This document shows, piece by piece, positions 36,602-46,178 of a stretch of DNA of 64,000 bases. Both the position numbers and the translations under genes were made by a program. Positions within the stretch are counted from its first letter, which is position 1. Each line of letters starts with the position of its first letter. The notes under the pieces are model-generated. The model saw only the letters and a list, made by a program, of their open reading frames with translations. It did no database searches and was not told where the DNA came from. Source of the DNA: an uncultured Eubacteriales bacterium (GTDB lineage: Bacteria; Bacillota; Clostridia; Oscillospirales; Acutalibacteraceae); NCBI GenBank assembly GCA_964369405.1, contig CAYJGB010000001.1, positions 98,408 through 162,407 on the forward strand, given 5' to 3'.

Positions 36602-36620
36602 AATTTATATACACATCCTT

Positions 36621-38327
36621 TTATGAACTTTTTGAGTAAGTACGTTCATCAGCAGCCTTAATAAATGCTAGTAGTCCCCAACAAGCAACCATACTTGAGC
36701 CTCCAACACTTACAAAAGGTAGGGTAACACCTGTAAGAGGGAGTATATCTGTAGCGCCAAAAATGTTTAGTGAAGATTGTAGGACTAAAAGACCAGCAGC
36801 ACAACAAGCTGTAATTGAGTAGAATGTTGAACGGCTTCTAGTGGTGATTGCACGAGCGTAAAAGAATAGACCAACTATGCAAATAGCTACAGTTAATGCT
36901 AAAATTAAGCCGTATTCTTCGCACATCAGACCAAATACTAAATCGCTTTCAGAGGCTCCAACATATTTTAAATATCCATTACCAAGACCGACACCGAAAA
37001 GTCCTCCACTTGCAGCGTACGTTAAAACCCTTGCTTGTTGATAACCTAAGTCGTTAGCATGCTCAAAAACGTGCCCCCAAGCTGAAAAACGATTAGCTAT
37101 ATATGGGCGATACCTTAAAATGAAAGCACCACCTAAAACTGCTGAAACTAAAGCAAGAATAACAGTTTTAAAGTCCCCAGAACGCATAAATGATATCATT
37201 AAGAAAGTACCAAAGAAAATTAAAGCAGTACCGAAGTCGCTCATAAGGAAGAGAGCACCAACACATAAAATAGAATATATTACGAATTGGATTAAATTTT
37301 TACGTCTTTGCAGTTCGTCCAAAGCAGAAGCACCCACAAATATGAAAGCTATTTTAACAAATTCTGATGGCTGAATAGAAATTCCACCGATAGAAATCCA
37401 GTTAGCAGCACCGTATGTGATTTGCCCTAAAACTATACTAGTGCATAAAAAACCTAACGATAAAATCATTACAGGTACACGTAAACGCTCAACTCTATCA
37501 GGGTTTTTAATTATTCTAATAATAATACAAAACATAACCATACCAATACCAGCAGTTAAAACTTGCATATATGTTTGGCTTATTTCTTGCCTAACAGATA
37601 GCATAATACCTATTCCTGTTAGGAAAATAGCTAGGCTTTCAAGTTCAAAGTAAGTTCTTCCTAGTATCTTTGTACTAACAAAATAAAACGTCCAAGATAA
37701 ACCCATATAAATACCTAAAAACATTAAAGGTACGAGGTCTGTTGCTTCGTGACTTACACAAGCACTAACAGCTAAAAAAGTCATAAAAATAGTAATTAAT
37801 AGCATAAGACTAAAAGGCGATATACCAGGTCTGTTGCCTTTTTTCTTAAAAAACCAAGAAGAACTAATATCAACAAAATCTTCAGCACGTTCAAGTGTTA
37901 ATGTAGTTTCGCCCAAAGTTATTTCATCATTTATATATATTTGAGTTCTTTGAGTGATTTTTTCTCCGTTAAGATATGTTCCAAATTTTGAGCCTGTATC
38001 ATTTATAAACCAGCCATCTTCTCTTCTAAGTAATGCACAGTGTTCTCTTGAAATAGTCATATCATCATCTATAACAATATCATTACTTTTTGACCTTCCT
38101 AAAGAGTTTTCCCAAGACACAACTGGTAAACAATCTCCTGTTTCATCGTTTACAAGCATAACTAAGGCTTTTTCTTCTCTTCTTTGACGTCTAAGTGAAG
38201 AGTATATTTGATAGACAATTATAATACCTAAAATTGGAATTAATATTCTTAAAACCATAATCGCTAAATCTGTAGCTATTGGAATGTTTAAAGATTCTAA
38301 AAAAGCGTCCAAATATAATACCCCCAT
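36621..38327 (-). CDS. FHA-domain fused FtsW/RodA/SpoVE (SEDS) family protein
   Basis: TM segment, then FHA (LGRSKSNDIVIDDDMTISREHCAL...GSKFGTYLNGEKI), then a ~400-aa multi-TM SEDS domain. Start is uncertain: ATG 38327 has no RBS, while TTG 38312 follows GGGGG. Confidence 0.8.
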   Translation of the reverse strand: MGVLYLDAFLESLNIPIATDLAIMVLRILIPILGIIIVYQIYSSLRRQRREEKALVMLVNDETGDCLPVVSWENSLGRSKSNDIVIDDDMTISREHCALLRREDGWFINDTGSKFGTYLNGEKITQRTQIYINDEITLGETTLTLERAEDFVDISSSWFFKKKGNRPGISPFSLMLLITIFMTFLAVSACVSHEATDLVPLMFLGIYMGLSWTFYFVSTKILGRTYFELESLAIFLTGIGIMLSVRQEISQTYMQVLTAGIGMVMFCIIIRIIKNPDRVERLRVPVMILSLGFLCTSIVLGQITYGAANWISIGGISIQPSEFVKIAFIFVGASALDELQRRKNLIQFVIYSILCVGALFLMSDFGTALIFFGTFLMISFMRSGDFKTVILALVSAVLGGAFILRYRPYIANRFSAWGHVFEHANDLGYQQARVLTYAASGGLFGVGLGNGYLKYVGASESDLVFGLMCEEYGLILALTVAICIVGLFFYARAITTRSRSTFYSITACCAAGLLVLQSSLNIFGATDILPLTGVTLPFVSVGGSSMVACWGLLAFIKAADERTYSKSS

Positions 38328-38450
38328 TTTATTTTTATTTTATTTAACTTGATAATATAATGATATTGAGAAAATGTCAAGAATTATGAATTGATTGTAA
38401 CCAAATTTCGTTAATATTATAAATTTAATGAAGTTTACAAGTGAATATTA

Positions 38451-38478
38451 TTGAAAAAAGTAAAAAATATGATATAAT
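38451..38478 (+). promoter_or_regulatory. putative promoter of the cyclase/lipoprotein genes
   Basis: TTGAAA (38451-38456), 16-nt spacer, extended -10 TGaTATAAT (TATAAT at 38473-38478). Confidence 0.5.
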
Positions 38479-38538
38479 ATACTAAAATTAGAAAAAATGT
38501 TTTGATTTATTTTATTAAATTTGAGAGGGTTGCGTATT

Positions 38539-39129
38539 TTGTATATTATTGATATTTCAAGAGATATTTTTAAATCACCAGTTTATAAAGGTGACCCAGA
38601 GCCAGAATATGAATGGATTACTAAAATTGAATATGGTGAAGATGTAGATATTTCTTATATAAAAATGTGTACTCATACTGGAACTCATATAGATGCACCT
38701 GCTCATTATATTAAAGGTGGTGCAACTGTTGACCAATTACCTTTATCAAAGTTTTATGGTGATTGTACGGTTGTTACTATTTCAGGAGTTTTGACTGGTG
38801 AGGATATGGAAACTATCTTACCATTTTGTAAGAAAAAGTTAATCTTGAAAGGTGAGGGTAATGCATATTTATCACCTAGTGCAGCAATTGTAATTGCAGA
38901 TTATCAACTAGACTTAATTGGCACTGACGGAATGTCAATTTGTGATATGGAAGATGATTATGTTGTACATAGAACTTTATTGCTTGAAAATATAGTGATA
39001 TTAGAGGGGTTAGACCTTACAGGTATTGAAGATGGGAATTATAAAATATCTGCTTTTCCATTAAAATTAGTTGGTCTTGAAGCTTCTCCTGTAAGAGCGA
39101 TTTTATTTAAACAGGAGTATGGTATATAA
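38539..39129 (+). CDS. cyclase-family protein (kynurenine formamidase-like)
   Basis: HTGTHIDAPAHY is the cyclase-family motif. TTG at 38539 is 9 nt after GAGAGGG (the track ORF starts at 38521, in frame). Confidence 0.75.
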   Translation: MYIIDISRDIFKSPVYKGDPEPEYEWITKIEYGEDVDISYIKMCTHTGTHIDAPAHYIKGGATVDQLPLSKFYGDCTVVTISGVLTGEDMETILPFCKKKLILKGEGNAYLSPSAAIVIADYQLDLIGTDGMSICDMEDDYVVHRTLLLENIVILEGLDLTGIEDGNYKISAFPLKLVGLEASPVRAILFKQEYGI

Positions 39130-39153
39130 TTTATTTAGTTTGGAGTGTTATAA

Positions 39154-41043
39154 TTGAAAACATCAGTTAAAATTGTGTTGTTTTTAGCAGTTATTTTTTC
39201 ATGTGTCTTTTTATTTACTTCTTGTGAAGAAAAATCTGTAGACGTTGAAAATGTTGTTAGCTTTAATGATAAATTTGAGGGTGACAGAACTATTACTTTG
39301 CACGTTGGCCAGTTGTTAAGTGGTAGAGATGATTTAAAGGCTCAGTTAGATGAGATTATAGATAATAATACACCTTCTGTTTTTGAAACTTCGATTGATG
39401 AAACAGAAGAGGGACTTAAATATAATTTTAAATTAAGCTTTACATCTGAAAAAGATTACGAAAATAAAATTAGTTCCGTTCTCGGGCAAGAAACTGATGT
39501 GCAGTTAAGCACACCAGACAATACACTTACTAAAGGTTGGCGTTATGTCGAAGATTTTGACGGTATGGAATTAATTTCATTTATTGCTAATGCAGCAGTA
39601 GAAAGCAATTACAAAGACTTATTAGTCACTTATAATAGTATTTCTAATGTAGTAAACTTTGATGGTAAAGTGAAAATTAGTGATACTAGTATAGTCGACA
39701 TTAGTGATGTGTCAGGTTTTTCAGTTACTGATATTTCTATTGATACTACAAATAATAAACAAGATAGCTATGATAGACGATTTACAATCACTTTTCCACA
39801 AACAACTTACGACAAAATGGGTGAGGATTTATTAACTCTTATGGAAGAAAGAACAGATGAGTTAGCAGATTATAGCGGTTGGACTCAACAAGGAAATAAT
39901 CAAGAGTTTCAAGTGTTTTACAAAGGTGTAAGTCTTGTCGAATTGCAAGCAGTTACTTCTAAGTTTTTAGATTGCGATAGCCAATATTTATATTATGGAG
40001 ATGAAAATAATAGTAGTACTCCACTTGCTGAGCAGTTAGTTTTTGAAGAAAGATTTAACTTATTAAGCTTTATATCTGTAGATGGAAAAACTGTACCTAT
40101 AACTTATAAATATTCACTACCGATTAAAACTACATATGGTGATGGTTTAGTGCTTGAAGATGGTTCATGGGATAAAAACGGCAAGTGGATAGACGGGGTA
40201 TATACTTTAAGTAGCTCCAATGAGAGCGTTGCTGTAAGAGTGCCTGACGGTATGCAATATAAAATAGACGGAGTAGCTGTAACTGTTGAAAATTTGGGTG
40301 ATAACAAATTTGTGCGTGAATTCGACTTTTTATATGATAAGAACAGTGGTGTAGATGGTTGCAATTATGCAAGTAATTATTTTCAACAGCAAGGAGTAAA
40401 AGCTACAGTTACTAAAAATGATGTAAATTTGATATGTTCAGTAAAAGAAGAGGGAACAACACAAGAGATAGATAAGTTTTTTAAAGAGTTATTAGGTGAA
40501 GATAACGAGTTTTTACGAACAGAGAATACAAGTGCTATGGCAGTTGTAACTGATTTGAAATTAGTAGACTCAGTAAATATAACAAATATGCTTAACGAAG
40601 AAAATATGAACATAACATATAAATACACAATGAAAAATAAAGGGCAAGAAAATATAATTTCATTAGATGGACAAGATAACAGCGAAGATGGAGAAAAAGT
40701 TTCATCACAACTAGATAAGAATGGTGATTATGTTATAGAGCTACAAGGTGGAGAAAATACTATAGAGCTTATATCAACAGTGCCATATCAAGATGGTATA
40801 ATTACATATAGTGTTATAGCAGGAGTAATGTTATTGTTAACTGGTGTGGCTATAGTGTTATTGTTAAGGAAATCAAAAGGATTAAAGATATTTGCTTTTA
40901 ATAAAAAGAATGGTGCAACAGATGAAAGTGCAAATGAAGATAAAGAAGATGATGTTGAGCAGATAACAGACGAAAATATAAAAGATAATGATAACGAAGA
41001 TGATACATTGTATAAGTATTATGATGATGAAGATTTATTATAG
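39154..41043 (+). CDS. predicted lipoprotein with C-terminal TM anchor and acidic tail, function unknown
   Basis: Signal peptide with a lipobox-like LFTSC. The C-terminal TM segment (VIAGVMLLLTGVAIVLLL) is followed by a D/E-rich tail. 629 aa. Confidence 0.65.
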   Translation: MKTSVKIVLFLAVIFSCVFLFTSCEEKSVDVENVVSFNDKFEGDRTITLHVGQLLSGRDDLKAQLDEIIDNNTPSVFETSIDETEEGLKYNFKLSFTSEKDYENKISSVLGQETDVQLSTPDNTLTKGWRYVEDFDGMELISFIANAAVESNYKDLLVTYNSISNVVNFDGKVKISDTSIVDISDVSGFSVTDISIDTTNNKQDSYDRRFTITFPQTTYDKMGEDLLTLMEERTDELADYSGWTQQGNNQEFQVFYKGVSLVELQAVTSKFLDCDSQYLYYGDENNSSTPLAEQLVFEERFNLLSFISVDGKTVPITYKYSLPIKTTYGDGLVLEDGSWDKNGKWIDGVYTLSSSNESVAVRVPDGMQYKIDGVAVTVENLGDNKFVREFDFLYDKNSGVDGCNYASNYFQQQGVKATVTKNDVNLICSVKEEGTTQEIDKFFKELLGEDNEFLRTENTSAMAVVTDLKLVDSVNITNMLNEENMNITYKYTMKNKGQENIISLDGQDNSEDGEKVSSQLDKNGDYVIELQGGENTIELISTVPYQDGIITYSVIAGVMLLLTGVAIVLLLRKSKGLKIFAFNKKNGATDESANEDKEDDVEQITDENIKDNDNEDDTLYKYYDDEDLL

Positions 41044-41067
41044 ATGAAATTTTAATATTTAGAAAAA

Positions 41068-41204
41068 CTTAGGGGCACCCGCCCATTCAAATCAAAGATT
41101 TGAATGATAAGGCACCGACACAACAAAGGTTATGATTTATAAGAATGTTGGACGGTGCCTTAAATGAGCGAAACTTTCAGTTTCGCTTGGCGGGTGCCCC
41201 GAAG
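41068..41204. repeat. structured intergenic element, family B copy 2 (predicted four-way junction)
   Basis: P1 41068-41083 with 41189-41204. P2 41084-41106 is near-identical to copy 1. P3 41109-41124 with 41147-41161. P4 41167-41187. Architecture and linkers match 15228-15377. Confidence 0.85.
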
Positions 41205-41434
41205 ACTTTGTATAAAGCATATAATAATGGCTAGTTACGCAATATAATTTATAGTTTAATGTTAAAGCAGATACTGAACTTACAAATGTTTATTTGAAAT
41301 TGATTAATAAATTAGTAATTATTAATATAAAATTATTTAAAACTTATATAATATTTAAAAAAATTTAAAAAACACTACTATTCTGATAAAAAATGTGTTA
41401 TTATACTATAAATAAATATGAAAGTGGTAGATTT

Positions 41435-42151
41435 ATGCTTAAATATGTTTTATTTGATTTAGACGGTACATTACTTCCTATGAATCAAGAGGAATTTGTA
41501 AACTGTTATTTTAAGTTATTATGTAAAAGTTTAAAGCCTCATTATCCAGATAGCCAAAAACTTATTAAAAGTGTCTGGGCTGGAACAAATGAAATGATGA
41601 ACAATGATGGCACAAAATTAAACTCAGAAGTGTTTTGGGAAAAAATGACTCAAATTTATGGTGACAATGTTTTAGAAGATAAACACTTGTTTGATAGTTT
41701 TTATAAAAACGAATTTAATTTAGCAAAAGAAGCGACTAAACCAAATAAACTAGTTTATGAGTGTATAGAGTTGTTAACTAATAAAGGATATAAACTTATT
41801 TTAGCCACTAATCCGATATTTCCTTTAATAGCTACACAAAACAGAATTAAATGGGCTGGGTTATCATCAGATATGTTTGACTATATTACTTCTTATGAAA
41901 ATTCATCTTTTTCAAAAAGCAGTATAAACTACTATAAAGAAGTATTATCTAAAATCGGAGCAGAAGCTACAGAATGTTTGATGGTTGGAAATGACGTCTT
42001 AGAAGATATGAAAGTATCGCAAATAGGTATGGATACATATTTAATTAAAGATTGTATAATTAATAGTAATAATATAGATATTTCAAAATTTAAACAAGGG
42101 GATTTTGAAGGATTTAAAGAGTACATATTAAACTTACCAGATTTAAAGTAA
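41435..42151 (+). CDS. HAD-superfamily hydrolase
   Basis: MLKYVLFDLDGTLLP (DxDGT motif I) and a GNDVLEDM-type motif IV. The ATG at 41435 is preferred. Confidence 0.8.
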   Translation: MLKYVLFDLDGTLLPMNQEEFVNCYFKLLCKSLKPHYPDSQKLIKSVWAGTNEMMNNDGTKLNSEVFWEKMTQIYGDNVLEDKHLFDSFYKNEFNLAKEATKPNKLVYECIELLTNKGYKLILATNPIFPLIATQNRIKWAGLSSDMFDYITSYENSSFSKSSINYYKEVLSKIGAEATECLMVGNDVLEDMKVSQIGMDTYLIKDCIINSNNIDISKFKQGDFEGFKEYILNLPDLK

Positions 42152-42189
42152 TTTAATATTTTAAAAAAATTTTGAAAGGTATAACAATC

Positions 42190-44061
42190 ATGAAAAAGAT
42201 TTCACCAAGAAAATTGGTTTTAGTTTTATCAGATATGTTTATAATTAGTATAAGTGTTTTGTTATCAAACCATCTATTAGGTTATTTTGACTTAAACGCA
42301 TTATCAGATACTAACTTAGATATATTTTGTGTATTATCGATTTTTTTATGTTTCGCAGCTTTATATATGTCTGGTGCATATTCAAAGATGTGGAGATATT
42401 TTAATTATAAAGATTATTTATCATGCATAGCAGGTATGATAATAGGTTCGGGAATAGCTACAGTAATAACGTATTTTATATATAGAAGTTTACATTGGGA
42501 ATTTGTTTTACTACAGGTTTCATTAGGTACAATAGGAATAATCTTATTTAGATTTGTATTTAGAAAAACTTTTTTAGTTTTAATAGACTCAAGTAATGAT
42601 AAGTATAAAAAAAGAACACTTATAATTGGTGCAGGCGAAGCATGCAAAATCATCTTAAAAGAAATTGAAAATTCAAGAACAGATGTAGATAGCTCAACAT
42701 ATGAATATTTACCAGTAGGTATTATAGATGATAATCCACAAAAGTTAAAAACAGGGCTGAGAGGCGTTAGAGTTTTAGGCAATAGTGAAGATATTATAAG
42801 GATATGCAAAGAAAAAGAAATAGATATAATCATATTTGCAATACCATCGTGTACAGAGTCAGAAAAAAGATATATATTAGATTTGTGTTCTGAAACATCA
42901 TGTAAAATCAAGATAGTACCATCAATTAGTAAAATGCTTGATGAAAAAGACAGCAAAGAGTTAATATCACAGATTAACGATATCAAAGTAGAAGACTTGT
43001 TAGGTAGAGAACCTATCACGTTTACAAGTAAAGATACAAGAGAGTTTATTAATGAAAAAATTTGTATGATAACAGGTGGAGGTGGCTCAATAGGAAGTGA
43101 GTTAACACGACAAATAGCAAAATACAATCCAGCACAAATTATCATATTAGATATTTACGAAAATAATGCATACGATATACAGCAGGAACTAGTTATGGAG
43201 TATGGAAGTAAATTAAATATAGTTACACTTATAGCCTCAGTTAGAGATTATGAAAAAATGGAAAAAGTATATATTGAATATAAACCAAACATTGTTTTTC
43301 ACGCAGCAGCTCATAAGCACGTACCATTAATGGAAACATCACCAGAAGAAGCTGTTAAAAATAATATTATAGGGACATATAATATGGCTGTTTTAGCAAA
43401 AAAATATAATGTTGAAAAGTTTGTTATGATATCAACAGATAAGGCAGTTAACCCTACGAATGTAATGGGAGCATCAAAACGTTGTTGTGAGATGATAATG
43501 GAATATGTTTCTCAAGATGAAAACAGCAAAACTGAATTTGTTACTACAAGATTTGGTAATGTTTTAGGTTCTAACGGTTCTGTTATCCCACTATTTAAAA
43601 GACAAATTGAAAACGGAAAAGAGATAACAGTAACTCACCCAGAAATAATAAGATATTTTATGACCATACCAGAGGCAGTATCGTTAGTTCTTCAAGCAGC
43701 ATCAATGGCACATGGAGGAGAAATCTTTGTACTAGATATGGGAGCACCTGTAAAAATATTAACATTAGCAGAGAATTTAATTAGAATGTATGGAAAAGTT
43801 CCATATAAAGATATTAAAATTAAATTCACAGGACTTAGACCAGGAGAAAAGCTGTACGAAGAACTTTTAATGAACGAAGAAGGACTAACAGCAACAAAAA
43901 ACAAAAAAATATTTATTGGAAAGCAAATTCCATTAGATGTTGATATATTTGTTCAAAAATTAGACTGTCTAAGAGAGTGTGCAAAGGTGAATAATTCCGA
44001 TGATACAATTAAAGCTTTAAATGATATAGTACCAACATTTCATCATCAAACGAATAATTGA
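42190..44061 (+). CDS. membrane-bound CapD/WbpM/PglF-like NDP-sugar 4,6-dehydratase (polysaccharide biosynthesis protein)
   Basis: N-terminal TM segments, a central Rossmann fold (IIGAGEA), and an SDR domain (ITGGGGSIGSEL, YGASK-like MGASKR). About 624 aa. Confidence 0.85.
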   Translation: MKKISPRKLVLVLSDMFIISISVLLSNHLLGYFDLNALSDTNLDIFCVLSIFLCFAALYMSGAYSKMWRYFNYKDYLSCIAGMIIGSGIATVITYFIYRSLHWEFVLLQVSLGTIGIILFRFVFRKTFLVLIDSSNDKYKKRTLIIGAGEACKIILKEIENSRTDVDSSTYEYLPVGIIDDNPQKLKTGLRGVRVLGNSEDIIRICKEKEIDIIIFAIPSCTESEKRYILDLCSETSCKIKIVPSISKMLDEKDSKELISQINDIKVEDLLGREPITFTSKDTREFINEKICMITGGGGSIGSELTRQIAKYNPAQIIILDIYENNAYDIQQELVMEYGSKLNIVTLIASVRDYEKMEKVYIEYKPNIVFHAAAHKHVPLMETSPEEAVKNNIIGTYNMAVLAKKYNVEKFVMISTDKAVNPTNVMGASKRCCEMIMEYVSQDENSKTEFVTTRFGNVLGSNGSVIPLFKRQIENGKEITVTHPEIIRYFMTIPEAVSLVLQAASMAHGGEIFVLDMGAPVKILTLAENLIRMYGKVPYKDIKIKFTGLRPGEKLYEELLMNEEGLTATKNKKIFIGKQIPLDVDIFVQKLDCLRECAKVNNSDDTIKALNDIVPTFHHQTNN

Positions 44062-44110
44062 CACTATATAAACTTAGAAAATGAACAACACAGTAGAATA
44101 AGAAATAATG

Positions 44111-44141
44111 CACCCGTCTGAGCTGTAATGCAAGACGGGTG
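44111..44141 (+). terminator. terminator hairpin after the capD-like gene
   Basis: CACCCGTCT (44111-44119) pairs with AGACGGGTG (44133-44141). The T-run is weak. Confidence 0.5.
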
Positions 44142-44166
44142 AGAATTTATAAAAAGGGATATGAAT

Positions 44167-44922
44167 ATGATAAGGAAAGCAAGTTGTATTATTAGCTTAT
44201 TAATATTTTTGCTAGTTAGTCAAATGAATGTACATGCCACAGAAAGCAAATTTGATTACAAGATTGAAATTCCTACTGTAATTGAATACAATAGAACAAT
44301 TGAAGTTGATATGAAAATCGATAGTAATAATATAGAATTAGCTGGAGGCGTGTTTGTACTATCGTTTGATAGCGAACTTATAAATTTTAAAGGTGTGACT
44401 TTTACAAATAAAAATAGTGAAAGAACAATAGATTTTTATGAGATTAATAATACAGTAAGAGTTGCATTTTTAGCATTAGACAGCATACATACAAATCAGT
44501 TTGAAAGTGCTTTTAAAATTGAATTTACACCTAAAGAGGTTGTTGCAAATACTGAGTTTTCTGTATATTTTGAGCAAGCAGGAAGTATTGAAGAAGAATT
44601 CTTAGATTTTAATAACGCAATAGTTTATGATATAGAAGTAAGTAAAAATGAGACTAGTCAAACATTTGCAAGTGGGGAAGAAGTAAGTGATGTAGAACAA
44701 GAAAAACTTAAGGAGCTTCAAGAAGAGAATGTTAAAGATTTTGAAGAAGAGCAAACAAATTCAGATGAAAATTTAGTAGATAACAATAATATAATAATAG
44801 AAGATAATTCAGATAACAGTAATATAGTAACAATATTTATATTAGGAATTATAGCGTGTTGTGTTATGTTTATTGGAGTGTTTTTAATGCTGAAATATTT
44901 TAAAGACAGAAAAACAGAATGA
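44167..44922 (+). CDS. secreted, C-terminally membrane-anchored protein with cohesin-like domain
   Basis: Signal peptide. A ~130-aa segment (IEVDMKIDSNNIELAGGVFVLSFDSELINFKGV...) resembles cohesin folds. Acidic linker, then a C-terminal TM segment. Confidence 0.5.
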   Translation: MIRKASCIISLLIFLLVSQMNVHATESKFDYKIEIPTVIEYNRTIEVDMKIDSNNIELAGGVFVLSFDSELINFKGVTFTNKNSERTIDFYEINNTVRVAFLALDSIHTNQFESAFKIEFTPKEVVANTEFSVYFEQAGSIEEEFLDFNNAIVYDIEVSKNETSQTFASGEEVSDVEQEKLKELQEENVKDFEEEQTNSDENLVDNNNIIIEDNSDNSNIVTIFILGIIACCVMFIGVFLMLKYFKDRKTE

Positions 44923-44941
44923 ATATAAAAGGTGTGATTTT

Positions 44942-45403
44942 ATGAAAAATTTTGCAGTTTATGAAAACAAATTAGGATATTTTAAAATTGAATACGAAAA
45001 TGATGTAGTAACATATTTAAAAAAATTAAATATAGAAGTTAAAGATTTTGGCAAAAAAGATGAGTTTACAGATTTAGTTTTTAAGGAAATAGAAGAATAT
45101 GTTAATGGAATAAGAAAAGAGTTTGATTTTAAATATAAATTAATAGGAACTGATTTTCAATTGAAAGTATGGAAAGCGTTATGCGATATTCCATATGGAG
45201 AAACTAGAAGTTACAAAGATATTGCTATAGCAATAGGTAATGAAAAGGCTAGCAGAGCCATTGGAATGGCTAATAATAAAAATCCTATTACAATTGCTGT
45301 GCCATGCCATAGAGTAATTGGCAGTAGTGGCAAGCTAGTAGGTTATGCTGGAGGAGTAGATATGAAAGAGTATTTGCTAAATATGGAAAAAGAAAATAAA
45401 TAG
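44942..45403 (+). CDS. ogt: methylated-DNA-protein-cysteine methyltransferase
   Basis: Active-site PCHRVIGSSG, plus YGETRSYKDIA. 153 aa. Confidence 0.9.
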   Translation: MKNFAVYENKLGYFKIEYENDVVTYLKKLNIEVKDFGKKDEFTDLVFKEIEEYVNGIRKEFDFKYKLIGTDFQLKVWKALCDIPYGETRSYKDIAIAIGNEKASRAIGMANNKNPITIAVPCHRVIGSSGKLVGYAGGVDMKEYLLNMEKENK

Positions 45404-45435
45404 TATATTTGATAAAATAAGTAGAGGTTTTTAAA

Positions 45436-46125
45436 ATGTATAATAAAGAAATTGAAGTGCGTAATAAGTTAGAAGAATTATCGGAAGTAAAGTACAAAGA
45501 ATTTTCTGAAAAATTAATTCCAAATTGTGAAAATATAATCGGTGTGCGAATACCTTCAATTAGAAAGATAGCAAAAGAAATAACAAAGGATAATCCGCTA
45601 GAATATTTAAGTGAAGCAGAGGATATTTATTTTGAAGAAACTATGTTAAAAGGGTTAATAATAGGAAATTTAAAAGAAGATATACATATAGTTATAAATC
45701 AAATAGAGTTGTTTTTACCAAAGGTAACTAATTGGTCGCTGTGCGATAGTTTATGTTGTGAGTTAAAAATAACAAAAAAACATATGGAAGAAATGTGGGA
45801 TTTTTTAGAAAAATGCATAAATACAGAAAAAACATATTACATAAGATTTGCAGTAGTAATGATGCTTGATTTTTATGTGAATGAAAAATATTTAAATGAA
45901 TTATTCAAAGTTTTTGATAGTATAAAAAACGAAGATTACTATGTTAAAATGGCTGTTGCATGGGCAATATCAAAATGTTTTACTACATATGAACAAGAAA
46001 CTATGAAATATCTTATAAAAACTAAAATAGATGACGAAACATATAACAAAGCACTACAAAAAATCAGGGAATCACTTAAAGTAAGTAAAGAAATGAAAGA
46101 AAAAATTAAACTTATGAAGAGATAA
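45436..46125 (+). CDS. DNA alkylation repair protein (AlkD-like HEAT-repeat family)
   Basis: About 229 aa of helical repeats; NWSLCDSLC and YYVKMAVAWAIS are typical of the family. Adjacent to ogt. Confidence 0.7.
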   Translation: MYNKEIEVRNKLEELSEVKYKEFSEKLIPNCENIIGVRIPSIRKIAKEITKDNPLEYLSEAEDIYFEETMLKGLIIGNLKEDIHIVINQIELFLPKVTNWSLCDSLCCELKITKKHMEEMWDFLEKCINTEKTYYIRFAVVMMLDFYVNEKYLNELFKVFDSIKNEDYYVKMAVAWAISKCFTTYEQETMKYLIKTKIDDETYNKALQKIRESLKVSKEMKEKIKLMKR

Positions 46126-46131
46126 AAAAAG

Positions 46132-46160
46132 GGGCTGTCACATTGATTTTGTGACAACCC
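46132..46160. terminator. bidirectional terminator between alkD-like and abgT genes
   Basis: GGGCTGTCAC (46132-46141) pairs with GTGACAACCC (46151-46160) with one mismatch. An A-run lies upstream and a T-run downstream. Confidence 0.65.
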
Positions 46161-46178
46161 TAATATTTTTTTTACTTG

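Noticed and set aside
42414-43145. 243-aa antisense ORF inside the capD-like gene. Similar shadow ORFs occur at 32648-33031, 25007-25378, 11757-12140, 7078-7389, 34485-34835 and 46744-47112.
   Set aside because: Each lies opposite a confidently identified gene, has low-complexity composition, no RBS and no recognisable family. They are typical shadow ORFs of AT-rich genomes.
46132-46160. Terminator stem GGGGCTGTCAC resembling the family A terminal repeat (GGGGCTGTCGC)
   Set aside because: Only about 10 nt are similar and none of the internal family A sequence is present. This is too short to distinguish from chance.
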